Source: Nitrospirota bacterium | GTDB lineage: Bacteria; Nitrospirota; Nitrospiria; Nitrospirales; NS-4 | Reading direction: 5' to 3' | NCBI GenBank assembly: GCA_963788195.1 | Contig: CAWBGA010000017.1 | Span: 128,001-192,000, forward strand | Length of the DNA: 64,000 nucleotides | Shown: positions 20,846-29,781 of the stretch, in pieces | How the letters are laid out: the number at the start of each line of letters is the position of its first letter | Position numbering within the stretch: position 1 is the first letter of the stretch | Made by a program: the position numbers and the translations under genes | Notes under the pieces: generated by a model | The model's database searches: none | What the model saw: the letters and a program-made list of their open reading frames with translations, nothing else | What the model was told of the DNA's origin: nothing

Positions 20846-21265
20846 GCCGTCATCGCTGAAATCTTCCAGGCTGTAGTGATCCAGAATGTCGGCGATCGCA
20901 TTTCGTACCCCGCCCATCACATGCTGCAAGGGGCAGTAACGCGTTTGGGCATAGGGACAGTCCTGACATTTTTGGTAGGCCGTCTTGCTCACGCATGCGA
21001 TCGGTGCCAATGGCCCATCAAGTATGCGAATGACCTGACCGAGCGTCACGGTGGACGGAGCCTTGATCAGCGCGTACCCGCCCTGAGCCCCGCGGGTGCT
21101 GGCAAGCAAGCCAGCGTGTTTCAGTCGTAAAAGAATCTGCTCCAAAAAAACCACGGGAACGTTCTGGCGCCTACCGATCTGTTGACGAGTGATCGGATGC
21201 CCATAATTCTTGGTGAGTTCTATCAACGCCCGGAGCCCGTATTCGCTTTTCTTTGAAAACCGCAT
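20672..21265 (-). CDS. Rrf2-family (CymR/IscR-like) transcriptional regulator with repeat-derived C-terminal tail
   Basis: MRFSKKSEYGLRAL, FLEQIL..LKHAGL..STRGAQGGYAL, four Cys in CVS...CQDC...C; heads the sulfate operon. Confidence 0.9.
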   Translation of the reverse strand: MRFSKKSEYGLRALIELTKNYGHPITRQQIGRRQNVPVVFLEQILLRLKHAGLLASTRGAQGGYALIKAPSTVTLGQVIRILDGPLAPIACVSKTAYQKCQDCPYAQTRYCPLQHVMGGVRNAIADILDHYSLEDFSDDGVGKKRRPGREAVLQDKSLPRQSSGHGKRTRPTGKESTSGQGPREKDAFHRKSGRPGG

Positions 21266-21300
21266 CCTCTTCTCGACTAAAGTTGATGAATCCAGTCCAC

Positions 21301-21329
21301 AAACTATAGATTGACGAGCTGCCTGTCAA
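21301..21329 (-). promoter_or_regulatory. Putative promoter of Rrf2-sbp-cysTWA with a TTGAC-N9-GTCAA inverted repeat
   Basis: Minus strand TTGACA-17 nt-TAGTTT; ttgac gagctgcct gtcaa at 21311-21329. Confidence 0.45.
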
Positions 21330-21359
21330 GAATTAATTTATTCCATCGATGCGCGATCT

Positions 21360-21650
21360 GGGGCCAAGGAATCTGTCCGGTCGGATTCCAGGCCATGGGA
21401 GAGACGAGCGCGTTTTGGCGCGCTCGGGGCCATGGGACAAGGACGCGTCTTGGCGCGTCCAGGGAAGGGTTGGGTGAAGTGGCCGGGTGTAATGACGGGT
21501 GCTATAGGCAAAGAAGTCTGTCCTGGCAGACAAAGAGCAGAGAAAGTTCCCCGGCGGCCTTAAATAATCATCAGGCCAAGGGGCAACGGAATCTGTCTCG
21601 GCAGATTCCAGGGTGGGCGGGTGTAATGGCGGGCAAGCTCGGCTTGGCGG
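21360..21650 (+). repeat. Modular hairpin repeat cluster 3
   Basis: Hairpins at 21368-21389, 21405-21426, 21441-21460 and 21588-21609 with 6-nt loops and shared flanks. Confidence 0.88.
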
Positions 21651-21656
21651 ACGGTG

Positions 21657-21995
21657 TTATGGAGCCGAATTCGCGCCGGTCGACCCCGACTGACGTCCGG
21701 ATCCGTCACGGAGCTCCATGCTTTTATTCTTTGAACTCGCTCTTGCGTGCTTCTTGCGGGTGCTGCGGGATTTGCCCTTGCGGTGCTTCTTCTTGCCCGT
21801 AACGCCCTGATCGACGGTCGCCGAGCTACCCGTGCGCTCCGATGACCGCTCGTTTCCGAGCCCTTGCCCCGTCACCGACTCTGCCCCGTCCGTATGCGTA
21901 CCTGGCCCCGTTGATTGTGCAAACGCCACACCCAGCGGCGCCGGCACCGATAGTGCGAATCCGAGGATCATCGTCAGCAGAAGATGACGTCGCAT
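21657..21995 (-). CDS. Small exported low-complexity protein with Lys/Arg-rich C-terminal half
   Basis: AAGGAGG RBS; signal peptide MRRHLLLTMILGFALSVPAPLGVAFA; G/S/T-rich then KKKHRKGKSRSTRKK. Confidence 0.65.
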   Translation of the reverse strand: MRRHLLLTMILGFALSVPAPLGVAFAQSTGPGTHTDGAESVTGQGLGNERSSERTGSSATVDQGVTGKKKHRKGKSRSTRKKHARASSKNKSMELRDGSGRQSGSTGANSAP

Positions 21996-22119
21996 AAATT
22001 CCTCCTTCGAGAGATTCCTGTAGCGTAGGTGATATAGATTCACTTGCCCTCAGCCCTGACATTCATAGCAGTGGCTCTGATCGCGTCACAATCGACAAAA
22101 ACCCCTATGCGGTTACAAC

Positions 22120-22300
22120 AGGGGAAAAGAAATCTGTCCGGGGCACCCCTTGCCTTCGCTTGCAAGGGGTCGAGAATTCCAGGCCATGGGAAAAGGCTCT
22201 GTCTTGGCAGCGCCAGGGTGGGCTAGATGTAATGGCGGGTGCCCCTGGGAAAAGCGGCTGTCTCGGCAGCCGCGGGGTGGGCGGGTGCAAATGGGGTGTG
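22120..22300 (+). repeat. Modular hairpin repeat cluster 4
   Basis: Variant of the 48-bp element at 22138-22183; hairpins ggctctg-TCTTGG-cagcgcc (22195-22214) and gcggctg-TCTCGG-cagccgc (22254-22273). Confidence 0.88.
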
Positions 22301-22333
22301 ATGCCTGTGAACTCGGGTCCCCAGCAGAGGGAC

Positions 22334-22786
22334 TCAGAGCCGCAGCGGTTTCGGAGGTGCGAGGACGGCCTCAGGGTGCTCCTGCCAGACGGTCGCATCA
22401 GCGTCCACGTAAAGCTCCACTTCGTTACCGTCTGGGTCGGCCAGGTATAGGCTTTTGCTCACGGTGTGATCGCTCATGCCGAGGATCTTGACCCCGGCCC
22501 GCTCCAAATCCGCCTTGGCCGAGCGTAGTTCATCCAAGGTGTCGCCGATCTTGATTCCGATATGGTAGAGACCCAGACGTGGACCTGACGATGCCGGCAT
22601 TCTCGGGGCCTGCCCAACTTCAATCAGCAGTAGCTCGTGATGGGTGCGCCCGGACGTCAATGCAGCGGCCTTCCCGCCGAACGTACGGCCAACTTCCAGA
22701 AATCCCAGCAGATCCCGATAGAACACCAATGCGCGTTCGAGATCTTCCACGTAGAACACCACGTGACCGAGATAGTGAGCCTTCAT
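22334..22786 (-). CDS. VOC/glyoxalase family protein
   Basis: LGHVVFYVEDLERALVFYRDLLG, HHELLL, GLYHIG, SLYLADPDGNEVELY. Confidence 0.9.
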   Translation of the reverse strand: MKAHYLGHVVFYVEDLERALVFYRDLLGFLEVGRTFGGKAAALTSGRTHHELLLIEVGQAPRMPASSGPRLGLYHIGIKIGDTLDELRSAKADLERAGVKILGMSDHTVSKSLYLADPDGNEVELYVDADATVWQEHPEAVLAPPKPLRL

Positions 22787-22833
22787 GGCGTGTTCCTTAT
22801 TTCCTGGTGGTTGTTGGAACGTTCTTCATGGAG

Positions 22834-23289
22834 TCATCGCCTTATCCGCCGAGCAATCTCCCGGTCAACCGAGGCTTTGCCGCCACCCCCGATCATGAGC
22901 ACGAGAGATATCGCGATCACCAGCAAATGGTACTCGAAGCCTTCGCCGGGCTGGTTACCAGACCAATTCATGAAAAATCCGTGTGGCCAGTGAACCATCG
23001 CGATTGCGACAATCATGATGCAGAAGATGCCGAAGGCTGCCACTCGCGTCAAAAAGCCTGCAATCAGCGCAAGACTCCCAAGCGACTCGGTGATGATCAC
23101 GAGGAACGCAAGCACAGCCGGGATATGCATTTTATCCGTGAACATGTTCATCGTTCCGGCAAAGCCAAGGCCGCCGAACCACCCCAGCAGCTTCTGGGCG
23201 CCGTGCGGAAACATCACCACCCCAAGCATCACCCGTAAGATGAGCTGCGCCCCGGAATCGTAAGTTTCAAACAGTTTTCTCATGAGCAT
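22834..23289 (-). CDS. DoxX family membrane protein
   Basis: [43 protein letters not shown]. Confidence 0.9.
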   Translation of the reverse strand: MLMRKLFETYDSGAQLILRVMLGVVMFPHGAQKLLGWFGGLGFAGTMNMFTDKMHIPAVLAFLVIITESLGSLALIAGFLTRVAAFGIFCIMIVAIAMVHWPHGFFMNWSGNQPGEGFEYHLLVIAISLVLMIGGGGKASVDREIARRIRR

Positions 23290-23295
23290 CCCCTT

Positions 23296-23766
23296 TCATT
23301 TCTCAACAAAACTCTTCTTCAGGCCAAGGAGTAGATTTCTTAAGTCTGTCATTTGCCGCTCGGTCAACGCTCGCTCAAAATAGGGCTTCAGGTAGGAGAT
23401 ATGCGCCGGAAATACCCTCTGAAACAATCGATTCCCCTTCGGGGTGAGCCGCACAATGATACTCCGCCGATCTGTTTCAGAGGGGACCCGTTTGATCTCA
23501 CCGCGGGCCTCCAAGCGGTCCAGGACACCCGTAAGCGTTCCTTTCGTCACTAAAGTCTTGCTCGAAAGTTCCGCGCAGGACAAACCCGCGGTGTCCCCCA
23601 AGGTCGCGATGACATCAAACTGCGCAGAGGTCAGCCCAAGCGCGCGGATATGGCGGTCATCCCTCCTTACGAAAGCGAAATAGGTTTCCACGAGGGGCCG
23701 CAGCACCCGCAAAAACGGCTCGGCGCCGGGGTCGTGTGTCCTGTGGGTTCGGCGTGTTCGTGGCAT
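23296..23766 (-). CDS. MarR family transcriptional regulator
   Basis: GLTSAQFDVI, TKGTLTGVLDRLE, DRRS..VRLTPKG; start placed at MPRT downstream of the promoter. Confidence 0.9.
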   Translation of the reverse strand: MPRTRRTHRTHDPGAEPFLRVLRPLVETYFAFVRRDDRHIRALGLTSAQFDVIATLGDTAGLSCAELSSKTLVTKGTLTGVLDRLEARGEIKRVPSETDRRSIIVRLTPKGNRLFQRVFPAHISYLKPYFERALTERQMTDLRNLLLGLKKSFVEK

Positions 23767-23791
23767 AAATAATCGCCAAGCGTGTTGAGTC

Positions 23792-23820
23792 ACAATAGTA
23801 CTAGTTAGTACGATTGTCAA
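23792..23820 (-). promoter_or_regulatory. Sigma70 promoter with overlapping palindromic (likely MarR) operator
   Basis: Minus strand TTGACA-17 nt-TATTGT; inverted repeat ACAATAGTACT-agtt-AGTACGATTGT (23792-23817, one mismatch). Confidence 0.75.
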
Positions 23821-23824
23821 GCGC

Positions 23825-23905
23825 GCCCGGACGCCCCGGGCCGCTATCGCACCCTCCCGCCCCGAGGCTGCCAAGACAGCCTCTTGTCCCGAGGGACGCG
23901 GCCTG
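23825..23905 (-). repeat. Modular hairpin repeat cluster 5
   Basis: Minus strand CGGGACAA-gaggctg-TCTTGG-cagcctc-GGGGCGGGAGGGTGC (stem-loop 23864-23883). Confidence 0.85.
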
Positions 23906-23976
23906 TCCCGTGTTCTCGCGGCGGCTTCCATGCTCTATGGGAATTTGTGTGTGTTCTACTGGTGAGGAAGTGGGTG

Positions 23977-25029
23977 TTACGATGCGGGTTGAAAATCTAT
24001 CACGGTCTTGACGTCGTGCGGGCGTCGATCGAGGGCTTGTCGCCACTGTTCCAGCGGGACACGTCGGGTAATCAGGGCCTTCAACCACGCCATATCGGCC
24101 CGGGCGAGTGCCTGAGCCGCCGTCTCATAGTGGCGGCGGTTGGCGTTGACAGAACCGACGATGACATTGTTCTCCAAGACCAGTTCGCGATTGAGCCCAC
24201 TAAAATCAACGGACAGTTTTCGTCCGCCCGAGGACACACCTGTTAAACATGCAATTCCCTGCGGTCCGATATGCCTCATCACCTCAAACACAAGGGAGCC
24301 ATCGCCGGTGCATTCGAGAACGATGTCGGCCTGCTGGCAGGCCTGTTCCACGGAACCGGTGTGATAGGTCGCTCCCAGCGCTCTTACCAAGGCCGGCTTG
24401 GGACCCTCCGTTGCGCGATCGAGCACATGGACGTCAAGCCCGCGCTGTACTCCCAAAAGCGCAGCCAAGAGACCAATGGGACCGGCCCCCGTCACGAGAA
24501 CACGCTCCGGAGACCAATGTGACCGGCCTCCGATCCGCTCAACCTGCTCCCATGCTTTGGCTAAAACACTGGCAGGTTCCAACAGAACCCCGACGGCCAG
24601 AATTTGTCGAGGCACTTTGAGAGCGAATTCCGGCGGGATGCGAAAGCGCTCGGACGCGAACCCATTCAGTTCCTTGATGCCATGCTCGGTGTACCGCCCA
24701 TTGCGGCACATGTCCCACTCGCCCACGGCGCAATTCGGACAAGGAACGGGGTCCGGTTGGCGCACGATCCCGACGACCCCATCACCGACTTCAAGGCCGC
24801 TATCTGCCGGCGCTTCTACCACCCGTCCCAGCGACTCATGGCCCAGCACCAACTTGGACTTCCCTGGCGCGGCAGCCCCGTATAATCCTTTTACGATCTC
24901 GACATCGGTGCCACACATTCCGATCGCCAGAGTTTCAACGAGGACCGACCCTTCGGTAATGGGAGGCTCATCGAACTCCTCCAATCGCGCGGAATCAGGC
25001 TCTCCAGGAATGACCGTGATGGCCAGCAT
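23977..25029 (-). CDS. Zn-dependent (MDR) glucose 1-dehydrogenase-like oxidoreductase
   Basis: GMCGTD, LGHESLG, CPNC..GEWDMC, GAGPIG, GSVNANRRH. Confidence 0.87.
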   Translation of the reverse strand: MLAITVIPGEPDSARLEEFDEPPITEGSVLVETLAIGMCGTDVEIVKGLYGAAAPGKSKLVLGHESLGRVVEAPADSGLEVGDGVVGIVRQPDPVPCPNCAVGEWDMCRNGRYTEHGIKELNGFASERFRIPPEFALKVPRQILAVGVLLEPASVLAKAWEQVERIGGRSHWSPERVLVTGAGPIGLLAALLGVQRGLDVHVLDRATEGPKPALVRALGATYHTGSVEQACQQADIVLECTGDGSLVFEVMRHIGPQGIACLTGVSSGGRKLSVDFSGLNRELVLENNVIVGSVNANRRHYETAAQALARADMAWLKALITRRVPLEQWRQALDRRPHDVKTVIDFQPAS

Positions 25030-25062
25030 GGGTTCAGGAAGGCGACCTCCGGGGAGCTACGA

Positions 25063-26123
25063 TCACAGCCACTTCATTTTTCTGAAAGAAGAGGAGCATG
25101 GCAATTCCTATTGACGCCATGACCAAGAGAACGATGGGATAACCCCAGGTCGAGCGGAGTTCCGGCATGTGTTCGAAATTCATCCCATAGATGCCGGCAA
25201 TGAACGTGAGCGGCATAAAGATGGTAGTGATAATCGTCAGCACCTTCATGACGGCGGCCATTCTCTGAGCTATTACTCGACAGGTAAATATCCAGCATCC
25301 CGGTGATCTGGTCATGAAATGACTCGATGGTTTCCATGATCTGGACCGTATGGTCGTAGATATCGTGTAGGTAGGGCTTTGTCGCGGGCTTGATGAGAGC
25401 ATTGTCATCTCGCTGTATCCCGCTGATGACTTCACGCAGAGGCCAGACTGCTCGGCGCAGATACCGCATGTCCTTTTTTAACTGGAGGATGTTCCCCGAA
25501 CTCACGCTCTTTGCATCGAGCATGCACTTATCTTCTAGGATTCCAATTCTTTCGCCCAATCGTTCCAGGATAATAAAATAGTGATCCACGATGGCGTCCA
25601 TCAAGGCATAACACACATAGTCCGCTCCCCGCTTTCTTATCTGCCCCTTATCGGTGCGTAACCGAGCCCGGAGCGAATCAAAGACATCCTTGCCATTTTC
25701 CTGGAAGGTCAGCACGTAATCTCGGCCTAAGATGATGCTGACTTGTTCACTGATGACTTGATCTGCGCTATCCGCCGCATAGAGCATCTTTAATACGACA
25801 TACAAATAGTCTGGATAGTCGTCCAGTTTTGCGCGCTGATCGGTGTTGAGGATGTCTTCGAGGACGAGTGGATGAAGATGGAAGTACTGCCCTATTTGCT
25901 CGATTAACCCGACCTCATGGAGACCCCCAATATCAAGCCAGGTGACTGTTTTGCCGTCTGAAACAGGTTTCCAACCAGTCAGTGTCGATAATTGCGCTTC
26001 GTTGAGGTGAAATTCATCGAACTCAATGAACGAGATACGTGGCTTCTCAACTTTTTTGTCCCCAATATGAATCAGGGTACCTGGCGGGAGACCGGCCTTT
26101 TGGGATCTCCTCTTCGTACGCAT
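25063..26123 (-). CDS. corA: Magnesium/cobalt transporter CorA (two apparent +1 frameshifts, ~25268 and ~25086)
   Basis: GLPPGTL, LHPLVLEDI, then in the shifted frame VMKVLTIITTIFMPLTFIAGIYGMNF; second correction gives the typical FFRKMKWL* end. Confidence 0.88.
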
Positions 26124-26187
26124 GGGCTAATTCTACCCTCTCGAAGACCGGGCGGCTAACTGACCGCACGTGCACACCCCGGAATGC

Positions 26188-26515
26188 TTACATCTTATCG
26201 AATGTCCTGATGCGAGTTGCGCTGCCCACGCCTACGACATATACGAGACCGTCGCCTGGGTTGCCGGTATGCGCCGCTTTAGCAATAATCTCAACCAAAT
26301 GATCAGCAAGATCGTCTGCGCATAGTAATTGGATTTTCACTTTCCCTACATATTCCCTTGCGGGTGCCCCGCCTTGTGGGGGCTTCGTCAACACGAGCCG
26401 GGCTCATGCCGCGGCAATCGCTGACGGTCATGCCCGGAAAGTCTCCAACGCACTGTAAGGCCTCCTGCACTTTGGCAAGCATAAAGGGCTTGATGATCGC
26501 CGTGATCTCCTTCAT
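26188..26515 (-). CDS. PII-family signal transduction-like protein (apparent +1 frameshift ~26356)
   Basis: MKEITAIIKPFML...GMTVS..RG joins KVKIQLL...AHTGNPGDGLVYV...RIRT in the adjacent frame; ATGA overlap with the RND gene. Confidence 0.82.
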
Positions 26516-29500
26516 CGCCCGACCTCCTGGTACTGCGGGCGCCTCTCTTCGAACAAGCCATAGACGGTGGGGAGCACCAGCAGCGTGAGCAGCGTCGAGG
26601 AAACGAGCCCGCCGATCACGACCGCGGCGAGGGGGCGTTGGACTTCGGAGCCAACACCGGTCGCAAACAGCAGGGGCATGAGACCGAGTATGGCGAGACT
26701 CGCGGTCATGAGGACAGGGCGCAGGCGTCGTTCGCAGGCTTTCATCAAGGCTTCCTCCAGCGGCATTCCTTCTCGGCGCAGTTGGTTGATATAGGACACA
26801 AGGACCAGGCCGTTGAGAACGGCCACCCCGAACAGCGTGATGAATCCGACGGAGGCCGGCACACTGAGATACTGCCCGGAGAGCCACAGCCCCAGGATTC
26901 CCCCGATCACGGCGAACGGCAAATTCAGGATGATGAGCGCGGCGTACCGCATCGAGTTGAACGTGGAGAATAGCAAAAAGAAAATTAACATGATGGTCAG
27001 CGGCACGATGATCGCTAGACGCTTCATGGCGCGCTGCATGTTTTCGAAGGCCCCGCCCCACTCCACGAAATAGCCGGCCGGCAGGTTCAACTCCGACCCC
27101 AGTCGCGCCTGCGCTTCGTTGACGAATCCTCCGATGTCGCGCCCCACCACGTTCAGTCCGACAACGATTCGCCTCTTCACATCCTGGCGGCTAATCATCG
27201 CCGGACCTTCGACAAGAGTGATGTTCGCCAGCTGCGCCAATGGAATCCGCGCGCCCGACGGATCGCTCACATGAATGTTAGAGATTGCCTCCGGGCTGTC
27301 ACGGCTGGCCTTGGGAAACCGCACGACGAGCGAGAAGCGTCGCTGTCCCTCAAAGACTTCGGTGGCCACCTTGCCGCCGATGGCGGTTTCCACGATTCCC
27401 TGGATGTCGGCGACGTTAATGCCATAGCGCGCGACCTTGCGTCGATCGATGTCGATCGTGAGATACTGTTGCCCCGCGACTTGCTCCATCTTGATGTCTT
27501 TCGCTCCACGGATGCTGGAGAGGATTCCAACCGTCCGCTCGGCCTTCTCCCTCAAGAGGTCAATGTCATCCCCGAAGATCTTGACTGCCAACTGTGTCTT
27601 GATACCGGAGATCAACTCATCGACTCGCTCCTGAATCGGCATGGACATGAGAATCGAAATGCCGGGGATCTGCTGCAGGCGATTGCGGACCGTATCAATG
27701 AATTCCGCAGGCGTCCCCGCGGTCGTCCAGTCGCCTACCGGCTTTAAAAGAACAATCTGGTCACTCTCGTTGGCTTCGATGGGGCTCGTGGCGATTTCCG
27801 CACGGCCGATCTCCGCCACTGTCGTCCGCACCTCAGGAAATTCCATCACTGCCCGCTGTGTCTTTAGCTCAAGATCAATGGATTCCTGGAGCGCGATACT
27901 GGGTAACCGCAGCACTTGCGGTGTAATGGCGCCCTCGAAGAGCATCGGGATAAACTCCGTGCCGAGGAACGGCACGAGCAGCAGGCTCAACGCCAGACCG
28001 GCCACTGATCCGGCCAGCACGCGCATCCTATTGTGCAGTGACCAGCGTAGCGCAGGTAGATAGCCGCCCTTGATCTTTCGTAATAACCAATTATCCCGTT
28101 CCATCCCGCCTTTTAGAAAGAACGAACAGAGCACCGGGGAGAGGGTTAGCGAAATCGCCAGGGACGCGAACAGCGCGAGGGCGGTGGTATAGGCCATCGG
28201 CGCAAACAGTTTGCCTTCCAATCCCTCCAGGGTGAAGAGAGGCAGGAAGACGATCACGATGATCATGATCCCGAACACAACGGGACGCGCCACTTCGCGC
28301 GACGCCTCTAAAATGACGTGCGCGCGGGATAGGGCTCCGGTCTTTTGCTCCGACAGGTGGCGGTAGACATTCTCCACGATGACGACAGAGCCGTCCACCA
28401 TCATCCCGATTGCGACGGCGAGGCCACCGAGAGACATCAGGTTCGCCGACAGGTCGATCTGCCACATGCCGATGAATGTCATGAGAGGCGCGAGAATCAG
28501 CGTGGCCATGACGATCAACGCGCTGCGGATGTTCCCCAGGAAGAGAAAAAGGACCATGACGACCAGTACAATACCTTCCCCCAAGGCCTTCTTCACAGTC
28601 CAGAGCGCCGCATTCACCAGTTCTGTGCGGTCATAAAACGGGACGATGCGGACGTCACTCGGCAAGAGGCTGTTGACCTCCATCTCCTTGATCTTCTTCT
28701 TGACGGAATCCACCACGCGCTTCGCATTCCCGCCACGCAGCATCAGCACGATGCCGACCACGACCTCGCCCTTGCCGTCCTTCACCGCCGCCCCGTGCCG
28801 AGTTTCATGCCCGATTTCCACGTCGGCCACATCCTTGATATAGATCGGCACGCCTTGATGTTCCTTCACGACGATGTTACCCACGTCCTCGAGGCTCTGA
28901 ATCAGACCCACCGCCCGGATCAGGTACTTCTCCGCGTGCTGTTCAAGAATGTTGCCGCCGGCATTAGAGTTATTCCGGCTCACACTCTCGAACACCTCCC
29001 GCAGGGTGAGAGCGTACTTCTTGAGTTTGTCCGGATCGACGAGCACGTGATACTGCTTCACGTAGCCCCCGTGGGAATTGACCTCCGTGACCCCGATAGT
29101 ACCCTTCAGATACGGCCGGATGACCCAGTCCTGGATTGTTCGCATCTCCTGCAGATCTGAAGGCGCGGTCGCCCAGCTGGCAGATGTCGTTGTTTTGTCA
29201 CTCTCCAGGCCCGAGCGCGTCGCCTGAGGAGTCGTCGCCAAGCCTCCAGCCTTGGAGAGAGGCGTGTTCGCTCGTTGGTCGCGCCCGTCATTCTGAAGAG
29301 AAGCGGGCAGGGGCGCCGGGTTGCCGGCGACCTGTGAGACGACCCGCTCTACGGTATACCGAAAGACTTCGCCGAGGCCGGTGGATGCAGGCCCCATCAC
29401 GGGAGTCAGCCCCGACGGCAATACCTCCTGGGCCACCAACACCCGTTCGAGCACCAATTGGCGCGCCAGATAAATATCCACGTCATCGCGAAAGACGATC

Positions 29501-29781
29501 GTGATCAGGGAGAGACCGAACTTGGAGATGGATCGCAGTTCAGTCAGCCCCGGCAGTCCCGTCATCTGGATTTCCAATGGAATAGTGATGAACCTTTCCA
29601 CCTCCAGCGGCGAGCGCCCGACTGCTTCCGTGATAACCTGCACCTGGATGTTTGTGACATCCGGAAACGCATCAATATTTAGTTGCTGGAGCGCGTAGAG
29701 CCCGCCGCCAGCCAACATACACGCCATAGCGACCACCAGGATTCGCTGACGCAGAGCAAAGTCAATCAGCCAATCGGCCAT
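26512..29781 (-). CDS. CusA/CzcA family heavy-metal efflux RND transporter
   Basis: IDAFPDVTNIQVQV, ANLMSLGGLAVAIGMMVDGSVV, RLRPVLMT, GSEVQRPLA. Confidence 0.95.
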   Translation of the reverse strand: MADWLIDFALRQRILVVAMACMLAGGGLYALQQLNIDAFPDVTNIQVQVITEAVGRSPLEVERFITIPLEIQMTGLPGLTELRSISKFGLSLITIVFRDDVDIYLARQLVLERVLVAQEVLPSGLTPVMGPASTGLGEVFRYTVERVVSQVAGNPAPLPASLQNDGRDQRANTPLSKAGGLATTPQATRSGLESDKTTTSASWATAPSDLQEMRTIQDWVIRPYLKGTIGVTEVNSHGGYVKQYHVLVDPDKLKKYALTLREVFESVSRNNSNAGGNILEQHAEKYLIRAVGLIQSLEDVGNIVVKEHQGVPIYIKDVADVEIGHETRHGAAVKDGKGEVVVGIVLMLRGGNAKRVVDSVKKKIKEMEVNSLLPSDVRIVPFYDRTELVNAALWTVKKALGEGIVLVVMVLFLFLGNIRSALIVMATLILAPLMTFIGMWQIDLSANLMSLGGLAVAIGMMVDGSVVIVENVYRHLSEQKTGALSRAHVILEASREVARPVVFGIMIIVIVFLPLFTLEGLEGKLFAPMAYTTALALFASLAISLTLSPVLCSFFLKGGMERDNWLLRKIKGGYLPALRWSLHNRMRVLAGSVAGLALSLLLVPFLGTEFIPMLFEGAITPQVLRLPSIALQESIDLELKTQRAVMEFPEVRTTVAEIGRAEIATSPIEANESDQIVLLKPVGDWTTAGTPAEFIDTVRNRLQQIPGISILMSMPIQERVDELISGIKTQLAVKIFGDDIDLLREKAERTVGILSSIRGAKDIKMEQVAGQQYLTIDIDRRKVARYGINVADIQGIVETAIGGKVATEVFEGQRRFSLVVRFPKASRDSPEAISNIHVSDPSGARIPLAQLANITLVEGPAMISRQDVKRRIVVGLNVVGRDIGGFVNEAQARLGSELNLPAGYFVEWGGAFENMQRAMKRLAIIVPLTIMLIFFLLFSTFNSMRYAALIILNLPFAVIGGILGLWLSGQYLSVPASVGFITLFGVAVLNGLVLVSYINQLRREGMPLEEALMKACERRLRPVLMTASLAILGLMPLLFATGVGSEVQRPLAAVVIGGLVSSTLLTLLVLPTVYGLFEERRPQYQEVGR

